In this document: piece after piece, positions 39,986 to 49,281 of the stretch
Layout: each line of letters starts with the position of its first letter
How positions within the stretch are numbered: the stretch's first letter is position 1
Assembly (NCBI GenBank): GCA_963803705.1
Contig: CAWDNU010000004.1
Span: forward strand, 288,001-352,000
Direction of reading: 5' to 3'
DNA: 64,000 nucleotides
From: an uncultured Pseudobdellovibrionaceae bacterium
GTDB lineage: Bacteria; Bdellovibrionota; Bdellovibrionia; Bdellovibrionales; UBA1609
Made by a program: the position numbers and the translations under genes
Notes under the pieces: generated by a model
Seen by the model: only the letters and a program-made list of their open reading frames with translations
The model's database searches: none
Told to the model about the DNA's origin: nothing

Positions 39986-40279
39986 TTGGGTGCCACCATA
40001 CAAATTGACATAGTTTTTGGTGATATTAAAATTATAACCAAAACACACCCCCTACCAATATTTATAAACCTAACCACAGATGAGGTTGCAATTTCTGAAC
40101 AGATCTTGACGGAGTTTGAAGAGACTGTAGATAGAGAAATTTCTGTTAAAAATCGTGTTTCAAGGATTAGCCTTAGCATGAAAGATGGATCTAGAATGAT
40201 TGATTCAAGCAATAAAAAATCAATAGATGGAAAGCTAGTTGATGATTATATCTGCTCTGTAAGAAATTCTAAGTGGTAG
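39986..40279 (+). CDS. hypothetical protein
   Basis: 97-aa ORF, TTG start with no clear RBS. Confidence 0.3.
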   Translation: MGATIQIDIVFGDIKIITKTHPLPIFINLTTDEVAISEQILTEFEETVDREISVKNRVSRISLSMKDGSRMIDSSNKKSIDGKLVDDYICSVRNSKW

Positions 40280-40320
40280 CCAGAAATACTTACCGCGCTT
40301 CGCTGGCGGTTTTCTTGTGC

Positions 40321-41283
40321 TCACCTGCGGTGGGCGAAAGTGGATTCTCGTTTGAAGGCGTAACCTTTTTTCTTTTCGATTTTAAAACCGGAAGATTTTA
40401 AGGATCTGGTTAGGTTTCCAACTTTAGCATATGTGCTAAATATGCAAAAATTCGGATCAGCTAATTTTTTTATCATTAACGTTAGAAAGTCCTCATTCCA
40501 AAGTTCATTTTGAGTGTTCGAACTAAAAGCGTCATACAGAATCAAATGAAAATTATTGGAATTAGTACTTAAGTTACTTTCAGTAAATGGACCTTCGAAA
40601 AAAATTTGACCACTGCTATTTTGCAAGTTTGATGTTTCTGGTTCGGACTGGTTCATCTTGTTTCGACTGAAACTTAATTTATAATCTCTTAGAAAAAAGT
40701 CACTAAAACCAACTTTTAATTCCTCAATTTTTAAATCAAATTTGGTTTTGTATAAATCAGTGATATCTGATTCAATCTTCAAACCTCTTAGAATCATCAA
40801 AAACAAATGGTAATTGATTTCGAATAATGTCTGTAGGGACTTGTCAGACTCGTAGGTATGGACTTCAAATGCTTGGCCGACTTTCAAACATTCGCAAATA
40901 ACTATAAGTTCAACATACCCTAAACCTAGCCCCATCGAAAAAACACTAAAAGTCTTTTTTCGATCAAAAGTTTTAAGCGCTTGTCTAACCGCGTCCCCAT
41001 AAATGAATTGGCTTTCAGAGTAAGCTCCTTGCAAAGAATGCATCCACTCTGATGGCTCTAAAAATGACTTTAGGGTCAACGACCCATCCTTGGTTAAAAC
41101 CCAGCTGTAACTAAAAAAATTTTCTGAACACGCCGCCGAACATTGAATATCTAGGATGGACTGATCGACCTGTAAATGTTGTAAATTCACTGCTATTGAA
41201 TTTCTTGTAGTTTCACTGCCCTTGCCAGGCTCTAAAGAACTTAAGTGTTGACCTAAGTTTGAATTTTGACCCATAACCATCAT
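40321..41283 (-). CDS. MnmC-type (methyltransferase-domain-only) tRNA mnm5s2U methyltransferase
   Basis: TKDGSLTL, MHSLQGAYSES, GLGLGY, YDAFS, ELW, TY, GF....KG..FKRE. Start uncertain. Confidence 0.75.
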   Translation of the reverse strand: MMVMGQNSNLGQHLSSLEPGKGSETTRNSIAVNLQHLQVDQSILDIQCSAACSENFFSYSWVLTKDGSLTLKSFLEPSEWMHSLQGAYSESQFIYGDAVRQALKTFDRKKTFSVFSMGLGLGYVELIVICECLKVGQAFEVHTYESDKSLQTLFEINYHLFLMILRGLKIESDITDLYKTKFDLKIEELKVGFSDFFLRDYKLSFSRNKMNQSEPETSNLQNSSGQIFFEGPFTESNLSTNSNNFHLILYDAFSSNTQNELWNEDFLTLMIKKLADPNFCIFSTYAKVGNLTRSLKSSGFKIEKKKGYAFKRESTFAHRR

Positions 41284-42279
41284 ATGAACGGTATAAAATG
41301 GAAAGGCAATCCCTATTTTCCCATAAGCGAGCGCTACAACCAAATCTTTGGTGAAAAGGTCTATAAAATACCTGTTACCACTGTTGACGACTGCCCAAAC
41401 CGCAGGGGCTTAAAAGGTATGCAAACTTGCATATTTTGTGATGTGTGGGGCTCAGCTGCCCGCGCTGAATCGATCACTATGAACTTAAAAGATCAAATTA
41501 TAAAGTATCGCGCTCACATCAAAAATAGATTTGGTGCTAAAAAATTTCTTATCTATTTTCAAGCATACACAAACAGTTTTGAAAAGATTGAAACTTTACG
41601 TCAGCAGTTCGAAACCTGCTTAGAATTCGAAGATGTACTTGGGTTTGTAGTTGGTACAAGGCCTGATTGTATTTCGCCTAAACTTTTTAAATTGTGGCAA
41701 GAATTTCATGAAAAAAAATATGTATCTGTAGAAATTGGTGCTCAAAGCTTTAATGACAAGCATCTGGAATTTATGAAAAGGGGGCACAATTCAAATAGCA
41801 CAATAAGTGCAATTCACCGAATACATGAAAATACATCTGTAGATTTAGGATTACATTTGATGTTCGGCTGGCCAGGGGAAACAGCAAGCGAAGTGATCGA
41901 AGCTGCTCATATCTGTAACGACTTGCCAATTTCAAATGTTAAGCTTCACAACTTACATGTTTTATCTGATACACCCTTGGCAAATCTTTACATGGAAAAT
42001 AAATTTACCCCGATCGAGCTTCAGGCCTATGCAAATCTTGTAGTTCAATTTGTTGAAAACTTAAAACCTGATATTGCAGTCCATAGGTTAGCTGCTTTAG
42101 CTTCAAGACATGACGAACTGATAGCGCCAGAATGGACAAAACATAAAATGAGAACCTTTCAGGTAATTGTTGATGAATTTAAAAAAACTAACAGTTTTCA
42201 AGGTAAAGCTCTTTTTAATACAGCGTACCCACCTGAATCTCATTTGATACCAGAGTCCTTTCGTACTAGTACTATTTAA
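41284..42279 (+). CDS. TIGR01212 family radical SAM protein (YhcC/YtqA-like)
   Basis: CPNR......CIFC motif, YFQAYTN, GTRPDC, RGH, KLHNLHV. Confidence 0.9.
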   Translation: MNGIKWKGNPYFPISERYNQIFGEKVYKIPVTTVDDCPNRRGLKGMQTCIFCDVWGSAARAESITMNLKDQIIKYRAHIKNRFGAKKFLIYFQAYTNSFEKIETLRQQFETCLEFEDVLGFVVGTRPDCISPKLFKLWQEFHEKKYVSVEIGAQSFNDKHLEFMKRGHNSNSTISAIHRIHENTSVDLGLHLMFGWPGETASEVIEAAHICNDLPISNVKLHNLHVLSDTPLANLYMENKFTPIELQAYANLVVQFVENLKPDIAVHRLAALASRHDELIAPEWTKHKMRTFQVIVDEFKKTNSFQGKALFNTAYPPESHLIPESFRTSTI

Positions 42280-42281
42280 GC

Positions 42282-42572
42282 ATGAATAAGAAAATAAAAT
42301 CTTTTAAGACCCAACTTTTTGTTTGCACCAATCCCTCTGGCTGTGCGTTCTTAGGTGGCCAAAAATTAAGGGATGACATTAAATTTAAACTGATACAAAA
42401 ACTTGGGGTTGAAAAGTTTAAAAAAAATGTTCGTATCAACAATTCAGGATGTCTTGGTGACTGCTCTGAAGGCATTGCTGCTTGCCAGATGCCGCAAAAT
42501 AATTTTTGGACTAACCTTACACCAAAAGATTCTGCTCGAATGATTGAAGAGGTTTTGAAATATGTCGAATAG
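42282..42572 (+). CDS. thioredoxin-like (2Fe-2S) ferredoxin
   Basis: FVCTN..GC ... VRIN.SGCLGDC.EG. Confidence 0.85.
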   Translation: MNKKIKSFKTQLFVCTNPSGCAFLGGQKLRDDIKFKLIQKLGVEKFKKNVRINNSGCLGDCSEGIAACQMPQNNFWTNLTPKDSARMIEEVLKYVE

Positions 42573-43320
42573 CGATCTAAATTACACAACCATAAAACTT
42601 GTGTTGGTAAGGCACGGTCAAAGTCAGTGGAATTTAGAAAATAGGTTCACAGGCTGGGTCGATGTTGGCTTAACACCACTCGGTCTAAAAGAAGCTAAAA
42701 AAGCTGCAATTGCTTTGCATAAACAAGGCATTAAATTTGACAGAAGTTACTGTTCAGTGCTGAAGCGCTCTATTCATACTTTATGGGCGATACTTGAAGA
42801 CCTTAATTTGTCTTGGCTACCAAATGAAAAGTCTTGGCGGCTTAATGAAAGACACTACGGTGCGCTTCAAGGTTTAAACAAGAAGGAAACTGCAGATAAG
42901 TACGGCGCTGATCAAGTTCAGATTTGGCGGCGAAGTTACGACACCCTTCCTCCTGCACCAGAGGACATATTTAATAAGCTTGAAAGTACAGAGCGTAAAA
43001 TAAGTGGATCTGAATACACTGAAATTGAAAAGTACAAAAAACTAGGTCTTAGTCCAAATGACTTTCCTTTAGGTGAGTCTTTAAAAATCTGTCAAAATCG
43101 AGTTATCCCCTACTTCGAAAAGATAAAGAAAAAGCTTAAAGAGGGTGAAAACATATTAGTAGTGGCCCATGGTAACAGTTTAAGATCTTTAATAATGGAG
43201 ATAGAGGGATTGTCTGGTGAAAAGATAATGAACGTTGAGGTCTCTACTGCAGTTCCCATAGTCTACACCTTAGATTCGAAAAGCTTAAAGTTAATTGATA
43301 AAAAGATTTTAGAAATTTAG
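42562..43320 (+). CDS. gpmA: 2,3-bisphosphoglycerate-dependent phosphoglycerate mutase
   Basis: RHGQSQWN, WRLNERHYGALQG, AHGNSLR. Confidence 0.97.
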   Translation: MSNSDLNYTTIKLVLVRHGQSQWNLENRFTGWVDVGLTPLGLKEAKKAAIALHKQGIKFDRSYCSVLKRSIHTLWAILEDLNLSWLPNEKSWRLNERHYGALQGLNKKETADKYGADQVQIWRRSYDTLPPAPEDIFNKLESTERKISGSEYTEIEKYKKLGLSPNDFPLGESLKICQNRVIPYFEKIKKKLKEGENILVVAHGNSLRSLIMEIEGLSGEKIMNVEVSTAVPIVYTLDSKSLKLIDKKILEI

Positions 43321-43349
43321 CTCTTTAAGCCTCAGATATTAGGTTTTAT

Positions 43350-44063
43350 TTACTGCAAGTCATCCTTAAACTTTATTTTTTTGTTCTTAGACCTGACAAG
43401 CTCTTTAGTCTTCAAATACCTAACATTGGAATATATCGACCAAAAAATGTAGCCTGCTACAGCCAAGACTAATAAAATTAAAACATATTTAAATTTGTTC
43501 AAAAACAATAAGATCTCTTCTCCATAGTGGGCTATTAAGTAGACCTGCGTAGGGATAGTAAGCAAGACAACAACAAGATCTACAGCTGCAAATTTCCATG
43601 GCGAGATACCTAATGCGCCGCAAGCCATATGACCTGGAAATCTTAACCCTGGTAAAAACCTAAAAAGACCCGGGGCCGCCGTTCCATACTTCTGCGTCCA
43701 AAATTTAACTTTTTTGTAAGTCTTGGGATTTATAATTTTTTTAAACCACTTCCTGTCAGGCAGTCCTCGCCCTAGTCGCCTGCCAATTTGAAAAACTAAA
43801 AAATCACTTAAGAATACTGCTAAAAAACAGACAATCATTAGGGCGTAAACATTAATGCCCCTAGCCCCAGGTTGTGGCGGTGGGTAGTCCTCTGGATGTA
43901 GTGCCATAAAGGCAAGCAAACTTGTGGTTATAATCACAACCTCTTCTGGAACAGGAAGCCCGAAGCTTGCCAGAAGCATTATAGCAATCACCAACAGATA
44001 GACGATTTCAGGCTGATAAGCATACTGGTGCAATCCGTCTGTAATCCATTGAGTTAAACTCAA
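43350..44063 (-). CDS. DedA family membrane protein
   Basis: GLPVPEE, D..VF.IGR, RFLPGLR. Confidence 0.88.
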   Translation of the reverse strand: MSLTQWITDGLHQYAYQPEIVYLLVIAIMLLASFGLPVPEEVVIITTSLLAFMALHPEDYPPPQPGARGINVYALMIVCFLAVFLSDFLVFQIGRRLGRGLPDRKWFKKIINPKTYKKVKFWTQKYGTAAPGLFRFLPGLRFPGHMACGALGISPWKFAAVDLVVVLLTIPTQVYLIAHYGEEILLFLNKFKYVLILLVLAVAGYIFWSIYSNVRYLKTKELVRSKNKKIKFKDDLQ

Positions 44064-44151
44064 GCCTGGCCTCCCTAATATTCTATTAGTATGTAACTAT
44101 TAACCTTAAATATAAATACTAATTTTAAATATTCAACATTAAGGATTTTTT

Positions 44152-45855
44152 ATGGAAAAAATTTGGTTAAAAGCTTACCCCAAAGGTGTACCACATAAGA
44201 TTAACGAATCTCAATTAAAACCACTTCCACAAATTTTTAAAGACTCTGTAAAAGAGTACAAAGACAAGATTGCTTTCGAGAACTTTGGCAGCTCTTTAAC
44301 TTTTAATGAACTTGATAAAATGAGTAATGACTTTGCATCTTTTTTAAACAACTATTTAGGCTTAAAAAAAGGTGACCGAATCGCTATCCAGCTTCCTAAT
44401 CTTTTACAGTATCCAGTAGTAATGATTGGAGCGCTGAAAGCTGGACTAATTGTTGTGAACACTAATCCACTTTATACAGAAAGCGAAATGGCTCACCAAT
44501 TCAAAGACTCTGGAATAAAGGCATTAGTTATTTTTGAACCTTTCGCCCACAAACTCAACAACATAAAAAATGAAGTGAATATCGAATCAATAATCACCAC
44601 TAAGGTCGGCGATTTGCTTGGGTTTCCGAAAAGTCTAATTTATAATTTTGTGCTAAATCTCAAGAATAAAAAAGAGTTTAAGGCCAAAGGTAAAACTGCG
44701 CCTTCAAATAAAGTAAAAGGAGCCTTTAACTTTCACGAAGCTTTGAACCTGGGTCAGAATAAAAAGTTCACAGCAGTTGCAATGGACGTCAACGACACCG
44801 CATTTTTACAATATACTGGGGGGACCACAGGGGTTGCAAAAGGTGCAGAACTTACACATAGAAATATTGCAGCAAATATGCTTCAGATTTTGGAATGGAA
44901 AAAGCCACTACTAACCCAAGGAGAAGAGGTCATACTTACCCCGCTGCCCCTTTACCACATCTTTTCTTTAACTGTGAACTGCTTTGCCTTTTTACACTTT
45001 GGTGCTAAGAATATTTTAATCACCAATCCAAGGGATATTCCTGCGTTTATTAAATTAATGGCTTCGACACATTACACTGTGTTGACCGGCGTTAACACTC
45101 TTTACAACGCCTTGATGAATCACAAAGATTTCGAAAAACTAAACTTTAAAAAGCTTAAAGTTTCCGTCGCAGGTGGAATGGCCTTGCAAAATGCAGTTTG
45201 CACCCGCTGGGAAAAATTGACAGGGTTACCTATTATCGAGGGCTATGGGTTAACAGAGACTTCGCCTGTGGCATGTTGTAATCCGATTGATGGCACAAAT
45301 AAACTAGATCATATCGGAGTGCCGCTACCTTCGACTGAATGTAAAATTATAGATGATGACGGTAAAGAGGTTGCAATGGGTGAACGCGGTGAAATATGTG
45401 TCAAAGGACCCCAAGTGATGAAAGGCTATTGGAACCGGGAAGATGAAACGGAATTAGTGCTGAATGATGGTTGGCTTAAAACTGGCGATATTGCTGTAGT
45501 TGACGATGAAGGCTTTTTTCAAATAGTTGATCGCAAAAAAGATATGATCTTGGTTTCTGGCTTTAACGTTTACCCCAATGAAGTGGAAGATGCATTAGCT
45601 AAACATCCGGGTATTTTAGAAGTGGCAGCGATAGGGGTTCCTGATGATTCGTCTGGGGAAAAGGTAAAAGTTTTTATAGTTAAAAAAGACTCTAACCTTA
45701 CAGAAGGCGAGATACGCGCATTTTCTAAAACCTGTCTTACCGGATACAAAACTCCTGACTTAATTGAGTTCAGAGACGAACTTCCAAAAACAAATGTAGG
45801 GAAAATTCTTCGAAAAGAATTGAGAGACGAAGAGCTAGCTAAAATTTCGTCTTAG
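44152..45855 (+). CDS. fadD: long-chain-fatty-acid--CoA ligase
   Basis: YTGGTTGVAKG, EGYGLTETSP, GWLKTGD, DRKKDMI, PKTNVGKILR. Confidence 0.95.
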   Translation: MEKIWLKAYPKGVPHKINESQLKPLPQIFKDSVKEYKDKIAFENFGSSLTFNELDKMSNDFASFLNNYLGLKKGDRIAIQLPNLLQYPVVMIGALKAGLIVVNTNPLYTESEMAHQFKDSGIKALVIFEPFAHKLNNIKNEVNIESIITTKVGDLLGFPKSLIYNFVLNLKNKKEFKAKGKTAPSNKVKGAFNFHEALNLGQNKKFTAVAMDVNDTAFLQYTGGTTGVAKGAELTHRNIAANMLQILEWKKPLLTQGEEVILTPLPLYHIFSLTVNCFAFLHFGAKNILITNPRDIPAFIKLMASTHYTVLTGVNTLYNALMNHKDFEKLNFKKLKVSVAGGMALQNAVCTRWEKLTGLPIIEGYGLTETSPVACCNPIDGTNKLDHIGVPLPSTECKIIDDDGKEVAMGERGEICVKGPQVMKGYWNREDETELVLNDGWLKTGDIAVVDDEGFFQIVDRKKDMILVSGFNVYPNEVEDALAKHPGILEVAAIGVPDDSSGEKVKVFIVKKDSNLTEGEIRAFSKTCLTGYKTPDLIEFRDELPKTNVGKILRKELRDEELAKISS

Positions 45856-45903
45856 ATGAAAATAAAATAAGATTTACCTGATAAGTTTTTATAGGAGCTA
45901 ATA

Positions 45904-47274
45904 TTGAAAATAAGTATACCTTCTGTTCGAAAAGCTTTTGAATTAAACTTGGATCCCTCTGCTTACGGCACTTTCGCAGAGATAGGTGCCGGACAAGAAG
46001 TCGCTCGTCACTTTTTTATGGCCGGTAACGCTTCTAATACGGTAGCAAAAGCGATTTCTGCTTACGACACAGTCTTTAGTGATGCAATTTACGGAAAAGA
46101 AGAAAGCGGTAGATACGTTTGCGAATCACGAGTGATTAAAATGCTTGATCATGAATTTGGTCAAATTTCTGACAGGCTTGAAGGGCTAAAGGCAAAAAAA
46201 AGATTTTTCGCCTTTGCCGACACCGTGGCTACGAACCGAAAGCACGGTTGGATGGCTGTTCGATTTCAGGGTCAACCTAACACCGAGCCCAATCAGGTGT
46301 TACTTCATGTAAATATGAAAGATAATACACGCCTTCAGCAAAGCGAGGCCTTAGGACATTTGGGTGTTAATTTGATTCATTCTTGCTATTACAGAAGAGA
46401 GTCGCCAAAAGACTTTATCTCTTCTTTAACTGAAAATTTAAGTTTAGGCCGGATCGATGTGGACATGATTCGTTTTGAAGGTCCTGACTTTGAATATTAC
46501 GATAACAGGTTAATGTGCTTGGAATTGATTGAACAAAAACTGACTCAAGCTGTAATGTTCAATTCTGACGGAGGCATGATTCAGCCTGGTGACTTGATAT
46601 ATAACAAATCGATTTTTATTCAGCGCGGAGCTTTCAGACCTGTAACAAATGTAAATTTACAAATTTCAGAGGCTGGGTTAAAGCAATTTCAATCCGACTA
46701 CCCTTCCGCAGTGCCTGCAATCGCTGTTTTTGAAATCACAATGGCTCAACTAAATCATTTAGATAAGGGCTTAGATCGAAAAGATTTTATTAACAGGGTA
46801 GATTGTTTATCCAAGCTTGGAGTGCCAGTGCTAATTAGTGATTTTGTGCATTTCTACGAGCTGAAAGAGTATTTGCGTGGCCTAACTAGACAACCTCTGG
46901 GCATGGTTATTGGTGGCAATCAGCTAGATTACTTTTTTGACGAATCCAGGCATACAAATACTGTTGGTGGCTTATTTGAGAATGCAGCTAGGCTGTTTGA
47001 CCTTAAAACTTGCGTTTACGTGTATCCTTACAAGACTGAGCAAAGCTGTACGACAACTAAAAGTTTTTTTCCCAATGAAAAAATTATTGATCTCTACTCT
47101 TACCTTTTAAAAAACAACAAATTAAAAGATCTAGCTGGTTGTGATGAAGTAAATGTGACACAGCTGGCTTCAGAGGTCAGAGACATGCTAAGTCAAGGAA
47201 ATCCAGAATGGGAAAAGCTTGTGCCCAAAAAAGTAGTTGAGCATATTAAAGCTCATAAACTTTTTCTAAACTGA
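45904..47274 (+). CDS. conserved protein with C-terminal nucleotidyltransferase-like (NadD-like) domain, function unknown
   Basis: YGTFAEIGAGQEVAR, SAYD..FSDAIYG, RGAFRPVT, and a C-terminal R.M...G...WE.LVP..V...IK..KLF that resembles the NadD tail. Confidence 0.6.
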   Translation: MKISIPSVRKAFELNLDPSAYGTFAEIGAGQEVARHFFMAGNASNTVAKAISAYDTVFSDAIYGKEESGRYVCESRVIKMLDHEFGQISDRLEGLKAKKRFFAFADTVATNRKHGWMAVRFQGQPNTEPNQVLLHVNMKDNTRLQQSEALGHLGVNLIHSCYYRRESPKDFISSLTENLSLGRIDVDMIRFEGPDFEYYDNRLMCLELIEQKLTQAVMFNSDGGMIQPGDLIYNKSIFIQRGAFRPVTNVNLQISEAGLKQFQSDYPSAVPAIAVFEITMAQLNHLDKGLDRKDFINRVDCLSKLGVPVLISDFVHFYELKEYLRGLTRQPLGMVIGGNQLDYFFDESRHTNTVGGLFENAARLFDLKTCVYVYPYKTEQSCTTTKSFFPNEKIIDLYSYLLKNNKLKDLAGCDEVNVTQLASEVRDMLSQGNPEWEKLVPKKVVEHIKAHKLFLN

Positions 47275-47317
47275 TTAAATTATTTAAATTGATTGAACTA
47301 ACTACACATTTAATTTT

Positions 47318-48976
47318 TTATATTGTACCAATCGATTCTTCATTTTGGGGTGCATAGTCCTCAAAAAACATTTCGCTATTTGAATTCGTATCTCCGCTGC
47401 AAATTCCACTATTTTCAACGATTTTACACTGCTGCTGTCTTGACCCGTCTGGCCTACTACCTAAAAAACTCCAACCTTGATCGCTATACATGCATTGGTC
47501 AAATTTTTCCATAAATAGTTTTGCCTCAGAATCAGTGACCAGTCCATAATCAGACATCCTATTTCCAGCTGTTGTGTGCTGAAGAAATTCTTTAGTTTTG
47601 TTAGGCCATGAGTGTGCGGCTATTTGAGCGTGAAAATAATTGATAAAATCACTTTCATCTTTCTGCACATAGGTTTTCCAGCCAGCTATAGTTCCACCGT
47701 TAAAACTATGTGTTGAGTCTTTCAAAAATGCTGCCATTGCAAAAATACCGTAAGATGGGTGACCATTTGTGATGTTAGATGATTCTACGAACATCAGGGG
47801 GAAATTTTCCCCAGTTCTATCTTGAAACTCCGTCCACTCTGTTTGATAGCTCTGCTTAATCCTATTTGAATATTGTTTGGCAGAGGTTGTCGTTAATTGA
47901 GCTAAACCTTTTCTAAAATCATTTGAAAAAGCATTTTTATCAAATCCAGATTTTGCAAGAGTTAAGCAAGCAAGTTGCCTTTTATCTAGCCCCATTATAT
48001 CAGCAGCTATTTCAACGCGTTCTAGATAGCCGTTAATTGAATTTGCACTTCTATCTTGAGCTGAGCTAGGACAAAAATCATAACTAGATTTTTGATGAAG
48101 ACAGACCATCTTTTTAACCCCGTCCCAGGTTCTTTGAGTTAAAGATTTTGAATTACAGTTTACTTTTTCACCACCGAGCTCAATTTCACAATCTTCCGGT
48201 ACAATTCCGCCTGATGATGGATGAGTCATAGCACCTGTGTTTTCATCACTGCAATTACCACTTGTACAAGGTGCGACAATTGTGATCGGTGGAAATCCCT
48301 TAAGCAATTTTTTTCTGTTGTGATCAGTCTGCCTGCGAACAGTTAGACAGGCTTTTCTTAAAGTTCTAGGTCCTTCAACTATATCAACTATTGGGGCTTT
48401 ATTTCTATAATCCACATGATGACAAATTTTATCCATATCTTCTACAAACTGATTGTAAGCACTTTCGTTACCAGCAAGCTTGAAGACGGGTTCGAAGTCT
48501 GAATCACGAACCACTATTATGTTGTCAAAACACTTCTGTGAAAGATCTGAAATGCTGTTTGGATAACAGAAAGGTTTATTGTCTGCTGGGTCATTGTTAC
48601 CGTCTGGCTTAACCCCATACAAAAATGGATTACAAATTTTAAAACCCGTTTCACAAGTGTATCCAGCATAGCTCTGCAATCCGCACTGTTGACCAGCAGC
48701 AACTGGAGCACCGCCAGAAACGCATCTATAACCACCCGCTGCATAAACTGTTTGAAATAGAATTTGAAACACTGTCTTATTTCTTTTTTCTGATCTGGTT
48801 TTAAATTTTAGTAGTGCTTTTGAAATAGTTCGAAAGTAAATATTCCTGTTGGACTCTTTCATCATTATTACTTCGGGATAGGTCAGTAGAAAACTGTCTT
48901 TTGAATAGCCAATTTCAAAACTAAATAAAATAAAGAACAGTAAAAGATACTTTTTTTTCAGACATTTGATAAGCAT
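47318..48976 (-). CDS. secreted Cys-rich protein with C-terminal lytic transglycosylase-like domain
   Basis: Signal-like N-terminus; Cys-rich module (C..GG...C...C....CNP.LYG...FC); LACL.LAKSGF..NA.S....GLAQL. Confidence 0.6.
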   Translation of the reverse strand: MLIKCLKKKYLLLFFILFSFEIGYSKDSFLLTYPEVIMMKESNRNIYFRTISKALLKFKTRSEKRNKTVFQILFQTVYAAGGYRCVSGGAPVAAGQQCGLQSYAGYTCETGFKICNPFLYGVKPDGNNDPADNKPFCYPNSISDLSQKCFDNIIVVRDSDFEPVFKLAGNESAYNQFVEDMDKICHHVDYRNKAPIVDIVEGPRTLRKACLTVRRQTDHNRKKLLKGFPPITIVAPCTSGNCSDENTGAMTHPSSGGIVPEDCEIELGGEKVNCNSKSLTQRTWDGVKKMVCLHQKSSYDFCPSSAQDRSANSINGYLERVEIAADIMGLDKRQLACLTLAKSGFDKNAFSNDFRKGLAQLTTTSAKQYSNRIKQSYQTEWTEFQDRTGENFPLMFVESSNITNGHPSYGIFAMAAFLKDSTHSFNGGTIAGWKTYVQKDESDFINYFHAQIAAHSWPNKTKEFLQHTTAGNRMSDYGLVTDSEAKLFMEKFDQCMYSDQGWSFLGSRPDGSRQQQCKIVENSGICSGDTNSNSEMFFEDYAPQNEESIGTI

Positions 48977-48988
48977 ACGTCTAATAAA

Positions 48989-49003
48989 GCACTTAACATG
49001 CCA
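48989..49003 (-). promoter_or_regulatory. sigma54 promoter
   Basis: Minus strand TGGC-ATGTTAA-GTGC, 12 nt before ATG 48976. Confidence 0.6.
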
Positions 49004-49082
49004 TTAATTGGCAGCGCTACTCACTTCTGAAGTATTCGATTGTCCACAACTTTGACACATGTAAAAAAAAAGACCGTAAAAG

Positions 49083-49115
49083 GGATTTGAGTAGAATCTG
49101 GATTTGAGTAGAATC
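49083..49115. repeat. tandem direct repeat, 16 bp x2 (17-bp period)
   Basis: GGATTTGAGTAGAATC-T-GGATTTGAGTAGAATC. Confidence 0.85.
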
Positions 49116-49281
49116 ATCTTTTTCGTATCTCGATTTTTTTTGTTTTAGACAGTAATTTCGCAACAATTTGAAGATTTTTATCGAATTGAATAGAATTTCA
49201 TCTTAGGCAACAACGCATAAACCGATAAGATAGGTATCAGAAATATAAATTTGCATGAATAACTTTTACGAGGAGTTTATA

